Assembly: GCA_002269645.1 (NCBI GenBank)
Contig: NIVC01001143.1
Coordinates: 186,001 to 250,000 of the forward strand
Direction of reading: 5' to 3'
DNA from: Macrostomum lignano
Taxonomy: Eukaryota
Length of the DNA: 64,000 nucleotides
Part shown: in pieces, positions 26,010 to 36,585 of the stretch
Layout: every line of letters begins with the position of its first letter
Numbering within the stretch: position 1 is the first letter of the stretch
The notes under the pieces: generated by a model
Databases searched by the model: none
Told to the model about the DNA's origin: nothing
What the model saw: only the letters and a program-made list of their open reading frames with translations
Program-made: the position numbers and the translations under genes

Positions 26010-27836
26010 TTATACTTGAATATTATATCTTTTCTAAGAAATCAAATCTATGTGAGACTATAAAAATTAGTTTATTTAAATGCACTAAATATTTTGTTGT
26101 AATATGGTATTTAATGCATAAAATAAATAGGGGAATTTTTCTCATTTTTAAATAATATTTTATAATTTTATATTTTAAACAATATTTTAAACAATATTTT
26201 TGTTATACTTCTATTGGGGAAATTTGGGTATAAATAGGAGCAAGTTTGCTGTCAAATAAACCAACTGCCTGCCTACTGCTCAACTATCTATTTTGCAAGC
26301 AACCTAATAGCAGTTCAACTTATATACCATAGTTCGGAAAGGGGACATATTTTTGGCTTACATATATGGTATACTTGCATGCATGCTAGGATTAAATAAA
26401 GTGACTTTATATAAAATATACAACATGCAATACTATCAACATGGAATACAAATAATTTTAAACTTTGTGCCCAAAAAAGTTTTTTACTTAATTTTCAGCA
26501 AAAAAGTATTTAAAGTATTCTTTTATAACTGTCTTTTCTCAGTACATGTTGCAAAAGTGTGTGATTTTTAAGTTTGTTATTCTACATAAAATAATTAATT
26601 TAAAATTGAAAAAAGTGTACAACTATGGCATACATAGTTGAAAATATTTTTTTAGTCCCAGTATACAAATGTGGTTCTGTACTTTTTCCCTTACCAGACC
26701 TAGCGTATACTAATACACAATCTGAACTATGACTTATACATTCTTAGAGCTTTTAAGTTAAGAATTATTCATTTTTTGAAATTGAAAAATAGTTTAGAGA
26801 AATTTGCTAAGAGAGAGAGTTGGGGAGCAATCCAAAGAGATATTCTAAAGAGTTATGCCATGACCCTCTGATTCCAATAATGACTGGATTGGAAAAGTAC
26901 ATATACCTTAGACTGCTCAGGCCATAATACCAGAATGCTCCTAGAACACTACAATTTAGACAATTTCTAGAAATGCTCTAGATACCTTTCTAAGAAATAG
27001 TTAGACCTATTATAATAACTCGGAAGTATTTATTAAGATACACAAATCCACTGTAACAACTTTGGTGGCAGCTAAAGGATATTAAAGACAGGAGAATTAG
27101 GCCCATCACAGTTTGGTATCAGCAGTAGGGATTTATAATGGGAAAGCCAAAACCCTATCACAATTGTTTATCATATTAGAATAGTGGGCTACAGGTCAAA
27201 AGGATAAAAGATCCTACACTCTTAAATCTAATATATGTTACACTGGAAAAGTGACCCCCTACACTATAAATTCAAGGTTACAGTAGAAAAACGAATTTAC
27301 TTGTGATATACACTCAGCAACCCCAAAACCAGTGGTTAACTTTCCTCAGATCTAACTTTCCTCTGATGCAATTCACACCTTGTCTGCAAGCTCAAATAGA
27401 CTGATTTTGCAATCAAGTGGATATGAAAAAAAACTAATATTAGTATATTGTCAATGATATAAAAAGATTAGGAATTAATTAGTTCATTAATTCATTCATT
27501 ATTTAACTAATGAATAATTCATCAGTTTACCACTGGCTTTAGGGTAGAAACTTTAATATGTTGCTGAGTGACAATGCCAGACATTATCAGAAAGGTGTTA
27601 TGACAATAAAGGACCTTTTTGCATTGTAACAATAAAATACCTTTTTTGAAAATAAATATTAGCAGAAACAAATGGAAATTATAGTTTTATAAAACTCTTG
27701 TTTTAAAAGAATATATTTATATTTATATTTATTTATATATCTATATGCCACAGGTGCATTGTCTGTATGCTATTTATGTGTTCTGTTTTTATGGCCTAAC
27801 CTATAAAAACATTATCATTTAACTCCTGTTACCTAG

Positions 27837-30800
27837 CGGACAATGTGCAGCTCAAAGTTCTCGTGCCATCAATCGCCGCTGGTGCTATCATTGGCAAGGG
27901 CGGCGAGGCCATCACCGCCGTTCAGACAGAGACTGGTGCCAAAGTGAAGATGTCCAAGTCCAACGACTTTTATCCAGGCAAGCTTGGGGCTGCAAATGCT
28001 AAGAGGATTGCTCTTCACTGTGACTGCTGCCTCCCTATCATTCACTGTGACTGCTGCCTCCCTATCATTCACTGTGACTGCTGTCCTCCCTATCATTCAC
28101 TGTGACTGCTGCCCCCCTATCATTCACTGTGACTGCTGCCTCCCTATCATTCACTGTGACTGCTGCCTCCCTATCATTCACTGTGACTGCTGCCTCCCTA
28201 TCATTCACTGTGACTGCTGTCCTCCCTATCATTCACTGTGACTGCTGCCTCCCTATCATTCACTGTGACTGCTGTCTCCCTATCATTCACTGTGACTGCT
28301 GCCCCCCTATCATTCACTGTGACTGCTGCCTCCCTATCATTCACTGTGACTGCTGTCCTCCCTATCATTCACTGTGACTGCTGCCCCCCTATCATTCACT
28401 GTGACTGCTGCCCCCCTATCATTCACTGTGACTGCTGCCCCTCTATCATTCACTGTGACTGCTGTCCTCCCTATCATTCACTGTGACTGCTGCCCCCCTA
28501 TCATTCACTGTGACTGCTGCCTCCCTATCATTCACTGTGACTGCTGCCTCCCTATCATTCACTGTGACTGCTGCCCCCCCTATCATTCACTGTGACTGCT
28601 GCCTCCCTATCATTCACTGTGACTGCTGCCTCCCTATCATTCACTGTGACTGCTGTCCTCCCTATCATTCACTGTGACTGCTGCCCCCCTATCATTCACT
28701 GTGACTGCTGCCTCCCTATCATTCACTGTGACTGCTGTCCTCCCTATCATTCACTGTGACTGCTGCCTCCCTATCATTCACTGTGACTGCTGCCTCCCTA
28801 TCATTCACTGTGACTGCTGTCCTCCCTATCATTCACTGTGACTGCTGCCTCCCTATCATTCACTGTGACTGCTGTCTCCCTATCATTCACTGTGACTGCT
28901 GCCCCCTATCATTCACTGTGACTGCTGCCTCCCTATCATTCACCGTGACTGCTGCCCTCCCTGAATGCTTCACTGGGTTGTTCTGGGTTTCCAAGTGGCT
29001 CTCATTCCTTCCCACAGGCACTACGGAGCGGGTCTGCCTCATCCAGGGCAGCCTGGACTCGGTGAAGACCGTCTGCTTCTACGTGATGGAGAAGACGCTG
29101 GAAAAGCCGGACCCGAATCCCAAGCTGGCCGGAGACGGCAAGCTGAATGTTGAGCGGCACAAACAGGTGACAATGGCTGAACTCCGACTCATTGTTTTCT
29201 TCTCGAGTCCTTAGCGCTCACTTCATGCTCTCCCTGCATGGCGCTGCTCAGAATTCAGACTCGCCAGCCCAGCCACCCACGCCTCAGGCCGAGTGCAGTC
29301 TTAATCTATTTATTGAGTCTCGCCTTCTCGCCCTGCCCACTCTGGCCGCGCAGTTGCCTTGGCCGCTGCACTTTTCGCCATATTCGGGGCTCTTATCAGC
29401 GCCGGGGGGGGGGCGGCCTGTAGGCGGGGGCGAGAAGCAGTCTGAGGCTTCCTACTCAATTGCTTGCGACCTTTACTCTGAGTCCTTTGAGCTCCCTTCG
29501 AATACGGGCTGGGTGACACAGGGAGTCGGATTCGCTCAAGCTCAGGTGGCCGCGGCTGCGAGGTCTCTTGCCCGCCCCGCCCCACCCCTGCCCCTCTCGC
29601 TCCTTCCAGTGACAGACCGGCTGCCCGCCCCACCCCTGCTCAACTCTTGCTCGTTCATTCGCTCTCGTCCATTTTAGCCAGTGTTGCACTGCCGGGGGCC
29701 TCGGGCTCAAGCCTAGAAGCTTTTTATTAAATCTTCTATTATTCTATGCTTGCTTTTGCTGTGGACTAATTGCCTGGCTATCAAGCCTGCTAACTCGGGC
29801 CAAGTTTTGTCAGCTGCGTAATCAGCTTCTTCTAGTAGCAGAAACTGCATGAATTACAGTAGTGCAGTTTGGGTTATTTTTCTGAATGAGCAGTAGGCAT
29901 TCTGGGCAATTGGAATCACAAATAATAATTTTTTAAAATAATATTACTGACATGTGCAGTGGACACAGTTTTCCTTCAGAATTTCAGAAAGTCAGGATGC
30001 CACAATCAAAGTCAGGATGCCCCAATCAGAAAGTCAGGATGCCACAATCAAAGTCAGGATGCCACAATCAGAAAGTCAGGATGCCACAATCAGAAAGTCA
30101 GGATGTCACAATCAAAGTCAGGATGTCACAATCAAAGTCAGAATGTCACAATCAAAGTCAGGATGTCACAATCAAAGTCAGGATGCCCCAATCAGAAAGT
30201 CAGGATGCCACAATCAGAAAGTCAGGATGCCACAATCAGAAAGTCAGGATGTCACAATCAGAAAGTCAGGATGTCACAATCAAAGTCAGAATGTCACAAT
30301 CAGAAATTCAGGAGGCCACAATCAAAGTCAGGATGCCAAAATCAACGCCAGGATGCCAAAATCAAAGTCAGGATGTCACAATCAAAGTCAGGATGTCACA
30401 ATCAAAGTCAGGATGTCACAATCAAAGTCAGGATGTACCATGGTACCACAAAGAGCTCAGACCGCAGTTCACATTTGAAAAGCATGGTTATCAGGTTGCT
30501 TCCTTGTTAGCGCAGCTCTGGCCAGTCTCCGCTTATTTGCGCATTAATAAACTCTTGGAATTGATAGTGAGAGCTTGGCGCCTGTCATCCCGGATTCCGG
30601 GCGGTTGTTGGCTTTGGCAGATTAGAATTTCTGCTTTGAAATTTGTTGCTTTCAGACAGGATGCATAAAAGAGAGGGCAGCCAGTCTGCTGGCAGCTGCA
30701 GGTTTATTTTTAACAATTGTTAGAAACCGTCTGCTATTTGGCACGGTTCGCCAATCTGTGCGTGGGAGTCTGTGCGGCAGAGAGGTGATGACGCTTGCCT

Positions 30801-32334
30801 TTTTTGCTTCCAACTCGCTCAGATGAAAATCCTGGTGCCGAACAGCACGGCCGGCATGATCATCGGCAAGCAGGGCGCCTACATCAAGGAGATCATGGAC
30901 GGCACCGGCGCGTACGTGCAGATCTCGCAGAAGCCCAAGGAGCAGGCCCTCGCCGAGCGCTGCGTCACCGTGGCCGGCGAGACCCAGCAGGCCCGGGCCG
31001 CCATGAGCCTCATCCTGGAGAAGATCGCCAGCGACCCGCAGTCGGCCAGCTGCCCCAACATCAGCTACTCCAGCATGAGCGGCCCCGTGGCCAGCGCCTA
31101 CCCAACTGGCAGCCCCTACGCCTTGTCCTCTGGCGCCTCCGGGACCGGCCTTGGCGCCGGCGGAGCTGCTGGGGCTGCTGGCGGCGGCCTCCGGGAGCCG
31201 CAGAGTCCGGCCGGGGCGGCCGCCGCCGCTGCAGCCGCCTGTCCGGTGTCGTTTGAAACTCTGCGCGCCTCGCTGCGGCAGAGCGGCTACACGGAGCCGG
31301 CAGTGGACGAGATCGTTGGCGCCATGCTGATCCTGGCGAACTACGGCTTCTTCAGCCTGCAGACCCTCGTGGCCGCCGGGCCGCAGGCTCAGCCGCAGCC
31401 GCAACCACCCGGCCCCGTCGCCCTGCTGTCGCCTTCGCCGCACTCGTCATTCAGCCTCAGCCATGGCTCGCTGGCCGCCGCTCTGGCAGCCGCCGCAGCC
31501 GCCGGTCCGCCGCCGCCGCCTCCGCCGGACACGAGCGGCGCCGACTTTGCCATGTTCGCCTCCGGCACCGCCCCGCCGCCGCTGTTCGCCGACGCCTTCA
31601 TGGCCGACGGGACGGACAAAGCGGCCGCAGCGGCGATGAGCGGCCCGATGGTAAAGCGGGAGCTGGACGTGCCGGAGCCGCTGATCGGCGCCCTGATCGG
31701 GCCGGGGGGCCGCGACATCAGCCAGCTGCAGACCAGCACGCAGACCTGCATCCAGGTCTCCCGCCGGGTCTCGGGCCCGACGCCTCTGTCGCACAGCCGC
31801 CTGGTGACCATCACCGGCATGCAGGTAGGATGAGTGCCCGGCCCAGCACTTCTGTTTGCTGCAACCGATTTTGATAATCTCAAGGAAGGACCAACCTCTA
31901 AGGCACAGAGTGCACATGCCTGACGATTAAAAAGCCAGGGCCGATGTAAACTCTGTGTGAGCGTGTGATGAGTGCGGGCCTGCGTACAGTATTGGCGCGC
32001 TTGTGTGTGCTCAGGATGGGCAGAACTGCTGTGCTCAGGATGGGCAGAACTGCATGTGCTCATGGGCTCAGGCTGGGCAGAACTGCATGTGCTCAGGCTG
32101 GGCAGAACTTCATGTGCTCAGGCTGGGCAGAACTTCATGTGCTCAGGCTGGGCAGAACTGCTGTGCTCAGGATGGGCAGAACTGCTGTGCTTATGTGCTC
32201 AGGATTCGCTCGCCTCCAAATCTCACCACCTGAAATTCGCCCGCCCGCAGCCGAACGTGCTGAAGGCGGAGCGCCTCATCCAGCAGAAGATCAGCCAGGC
32301 TGACCAGCGGCGCCAGCAGCACCGGTACCAGTGA
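27837..32334 (+). CDS. NOVA1: NOVA/pasilla-family 3-KH RNA-binding splicing regulator (5' exon(s) not located)
   Basis: Exons 27837-27977 ([21 protein letters not shown]...MSKSNDFYP), 29018-29166 ([11 protein letters not shown]), 30823-31824 ([18 protein letters not shown]...VQISQKP...ERCVTV; [15 protein letters not shown]; KH3 [10 protein letters not shown]), 32251-32334 (alternative acceptor 32203). Intron 27978-29017 is GC-AG. Confidence 0.92.
28012..28960. repeat. 27/28-bp minisatellite (TTCACTGTGACTGCTGCCTCCCTATCA), ~35 copies
   Basis: Fills NOVA intron 27978-29017; each unit junction reads TCATTCAC. Confidence 0.97.
29985..30435. repeat. 20/22-bp minisatellite (AATCAAAGTCAGGATGTCAC)
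   Basis: Visible array in NOVA intron 29167-30822. Confidence 0.93.
32000..32200. repeat. ~24-26-bp minisatellite (TGTGCTCAGGATGGGCAGAACTGC)
   Basis: Visible array in the last NOVA intron. Confidence 0.9.
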
Positions 32335-34069
32335 GCCGCCTTAGCAACCGCAACATCCGCATAGCAACTGTCTGCGAGCCATCTTTTTTTCTATTTTGTT
32401 GGCGCAACCGAACCTTTGGCTCCCCACCAAGGGCTTTCACTGAGGCCTCCTCACCCCGTCACCCCCCAGCCTGAGGTCAAGCGGCTCCGTCTCTCGCCTG
32501 CCCGCGTCCAACTCTCTTTCAACCTAGACAATATTTTAATGCGGCCGGCACGCTCGCCGCCGCCCCAGCGCGTCCCCGTTTCTCTATTCCCCCCTTTCAG
32601 TTGCTTTGCTGCCTTCTTGTGCTTGGCAAAATATGATTAACTACTCTCTGCGATTAATTAGCTAATTAATTCTATAATCATATTTGCTATTTTTATTTCC
32701 GCTTTAACCCATGTGTTTTTTTGCTGAAGCCTCCCGCTATTTTTGCTCTTCATTATTGAATTTGTTCTGCACCTTTTTATTCTGCGCCCGCACAGCGCCT
32801 TTGGCGCGGCTGTTAGATTTCACAACAATAGTAAACTGTTTGGATTCATATTTTTATCTGGTTGATGCTGGTGTTCTGATTGCCATATTTTTCTCCGCGT
32901 ATTTTTTTTCTAATTCACCGCCTCCACCCAGACTTTCACTCCGCCTCAGTTTGTGCCTGCAGTTTTACTCTGCTGGGCGGCCACTTTGTGATCGATGGAT
33001 TGACAAGCTGCTATTTTTTCTGCGCGTGATTTTCCTCTGCGTGCGCGCGGCCTTTCAATGCCCGCCATGTTCATCTTGTTGCTTTTGTGTCCCCGCTGCT
33101 GCCCCGTGGCAATCGGGATTTCACCTTGGATACGGTTGCTAGGGGAGTGCAAGTCGATGGCTTAGCTAATCTAATTGCGGAGTACCGTCATGCATGTGCA
33201 CTCTGCCTTGAAGGGGGGGGGGTCAAGTCCCAGGCCAGTGCACGAGCCCCGAACTAATGTGGCAACGCACAGAATCGAACCCACGGCTTAGGCTACTGAG
33301 CTAGAAACCCTCTCCCCACATCGAACGGCCCTGGTTTGGCGGTGTGGCCAAGTTTAAAAGCAAAAAATCACCCTTAAGCGCTGATGTTTATTCAGGTTCT
33401 TGCTAATTAGATGGCGAGGCATTGGCCTATCAAAATGCAGTCATTTTTACTCCCGCATTTTACCCCATGTTATTCCAGTGGAAGCCTCATTGTGCCCGTA
33501 TCCAAGCTGAATCCGAGTCGCCATGCAAGGCAGCTCTGCCAGTAAGCTGGTGAAGATTTCTCAAGCCCCGTCCCGGACCGGATTATGTCTTAATCTATCA
33601 GGCTGGGGCTGCGTTTTGCTGTTTAGGTTAAGCTGATCTTCGTCAACTGTTTGCCTCGTCACATTTTTGTTCCTCACGCGCGACATCTTGAGATGCCCAG
33701 CCTCCGCGTCTGCTGTGTGTTTTTCTTTAAATATTGCTATTAAAATTATTAATCCATAGTCTTACTTGCTAGAGCCGTTTAAAGAATATCTCTGCATCCT
33801 CTGTGCGGCAAATTCTCACTTAGGCGCCACCCGCAACAGATTGTTGCTGCTTGCTGTTCATTAACTAAATTAGCCCGATATCCGACAGCATATTTATAAT
33901 ACACGTATTGCTAAATCAGAACGCTTCGGCCGTACACCTCACTTTCCTATTTACATAGATGCTATGGACTATTTAGCGAATAAATATTGCATACTGTGGC
34001 ACGCTGGACCGGGCAGTTCAGTCTCCAGATCTGCCTCATCTCCTTTGGCATCTGAGCCTTGATGGGAAA

Positions 34070-34938
34070 GACAGACAGACACAGGCTGACAGACAGACCG
34101 GCAGGCAGGTAGACAGGCAGGTAGACAGACAGACACAGTCTGACAGACAGACTGTCAGGCAGATAGACAGGCAGGTAGACAGACAGACATACAGACACGG
34201 GCTGATAGATAGACTGGCAGGCAGATAGAAAGGCAGGTAGACACACAGACAGACAGACACAGGCTGATAGATAGACCGGCAGGCAGATAGAAAGGCAGGT
34301 AGACACACAGACAGACAGACACAGGCTGATAGATAGACTGGCAGGCAGATAGAAAGGCAGGTAGACAGACAGACAGACAGACAGACCGGCAGGCAGATAG
34401 ACAGGCAGGTAGACACACAGACAGACAGACACAGTCTGACAGACAGACTGTCAGGCAGATAGACAGGCAGGTAGACAGACAGACAGACAGACACAGGCTG
34501 ATAGATAGACTGGCAGGCAGATAGAAAGGCAGGTAGACACACAGACAGACAGACACAGGCTGATAGATAGACCGGCAGGCAGATAGAAAGGCAGGTAGAC
34601 AGACAGACAGACAGACACAGGCTGATAGATAGACTGGCAGGCAGATAGAAAGGCAGGTAGACACACAGACAGACAGACACAGGCTGATAGATAGACTGGC
34701 AGGCAGATAGAAAGGCAGGTAGACAGACAGACAGACAGACAGACCGGCAGGCAGATAGACAGGCAGGTAGACACACAGACAGACAGACACAGTCTGACAG
34801 ACAGACTGTCAGGCAGATAGACAGGCAGGTAGACAGACAGACAGACAGACACAGGCTGATAGATAGACTGGCAGGCAGATAGAAAGGCAGGTAGACACAC
34901 AGACAGACAGACACGGGCTGATAGATAGACCGGCAGGC

Positions 34939-34970
<32 letters not shown>

Positions 34971-35060
34971 CGGCAGGCAGATAGAAAGACAGACAGGCAG
35001 ATAGACAGACAGGTAGGCAGACAGACACACGCTGACAGACAGACAGATCGACAGACCGTA
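34070..35060. repeat. Compound AGAC/AGGC microsatellite with ~60-bp higher-order period
   Basis: Purine-rich AGACAGAC/GGCAGGCAGATAG array; source of the spurious SVCL ORFs. Confidence 0.93.
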
Positions 35061-36341
35061 CATGACACTAGCAAAACGGAAGACGGACACAAATAAAACA
35101 AAGACAGAGAGAGACGGGGACCAACTTTCTCAGAGCAGCACGCCGATGTGATCAAAGTAATTTACAACGTCGGCGAACTTTAGTTGCACTCGAAGAATTT
35201 GCTAACTGGGATTGGCCGCATTCAGGACCGGTCTGGCTGGCTGAGCAGGCCGCTGTGAGCCAGAAGAACCCAAGCTTTGCATTCAATTCACGGCTGCATT
35301 TGCTCATGGATCGGCATTTAAAATTATTTTAAGCTTTACTAGAAGCATTCGAAACGGGAACCGCTTTGCTTCTCTGCATGCAGGAACCAGCCTCGGGTCA
35401 ACATGTACATTTAGTTTGTGTACATAAGCCACATGAACTGTGGCCTGACAAAACCGCAACCTCCTGTAGATGACTCTTCTACTTTAAAATATTGAAGGCA
35501 CATGGATTGACTTTTAAATCTCTTAGCATGCTATCTTGTATCATTACTGTTCATTATTTTTCTATACTGCCACAGCTGATTTTAAAATCAAACGCTACTC
35601 GTCATATTAAAAGTAGCATGATGAGAATACGCGAGAAAAGCAGTTCTTTTAATGAGCTTTTTGAGATTAAAAGAGGGATATTTCAAAACTGATTCCCTTT
35701 TTTCCCGAGACAACTTGAATCTATTGCATCCCAACTGCGCTACTGCAAGTAGCGTGTGAAAAAAAAACGAGTCAGATCGCGACAAGCGAAAATTAAAATT
35801 TTCAGAAGAATCGCCATAAGTCTTCACACTCTGCCTCAGTAAGTGTATTTATTAATATATAGTATAACACAGGCTAAAGCAAGGATAAAGAGCTGATGAA
35901 TAAAGACTCAATAATGGAATTATTCGCAGACAGACAACGGCACAGATACAACACTACTAACAGTAGTAAACAGTGGAAATGAGGACAAAACAATGCACGC
36001 GTGACTGGAATCGTCAATTCACAAATTTGTAACCTGCGGAATCAGCAGTGCAGATCCCAAACTTAAATAAGGAATATGCATGGGAAGACGGTTAAAAATA
36101 AAACAAGACAGAGAGTACTTGCTGTACGATAATGCACTGGAACAACACGGCTTTGACAAGGCTACAATAGACGCACCGAGTTCTCCGATGACAACCAACA
36201 GTTTTAACATTTGCACAGATAAAACAACAGGTAGAATTAATCAGAAATTGATCCCAATAAATCACAGAGAAGAAAGGCAAGGCATGGGGCCACAACAGCT
36301 GACTTGGGCATAGGTTCTACTAAGGAATAAGGATTTTCAGT

Positions 36342-36571
36342 ACACTGGGAGGATTCAAGGTACACTAGGAGGATTCAAGGTACACTAGGAGGATTCAAGG
36401 TACACTAGGAGGATTCAAGGTACACTAGGAGGATTCAAGGTACACTAGGAGGATTCAAGGTACACTAGGAGGATTCAAGGTACACTAGGAGGATTCAAGG
36501 TACACTAGGAGGATTCAAGGTACACTAGGAGGATTCAAGGTACACTAGGAGGATTCAAGGTACACTAGAAG
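36342..36571. repeat. 20-bp perfect minisatellite (GGAGGATTCAAGGTACACTA)
   Basis: Exact 20-bp period, just 3' of the LMBRD2 stop. Confidence 0.95.
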
Positions 36572-36585
36572 GTCAGGACAGCCAG

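Noticed and set aside
27984-28960. IIHCDCCLP metallothionein-like ORFs
   Set aside because: Frameshifting 27/28-bp intronic array; the KH1 sequence is continuous only if it is spliced out.
33250-33325. tRNA gene candidates from B-box-like GGTTCGA(A/T)TC sites (also ~2958 and ~7326)
   Set aside because: No cloverleaf or acceptor stem could be built; at most tRNA-derived SINE fragments.
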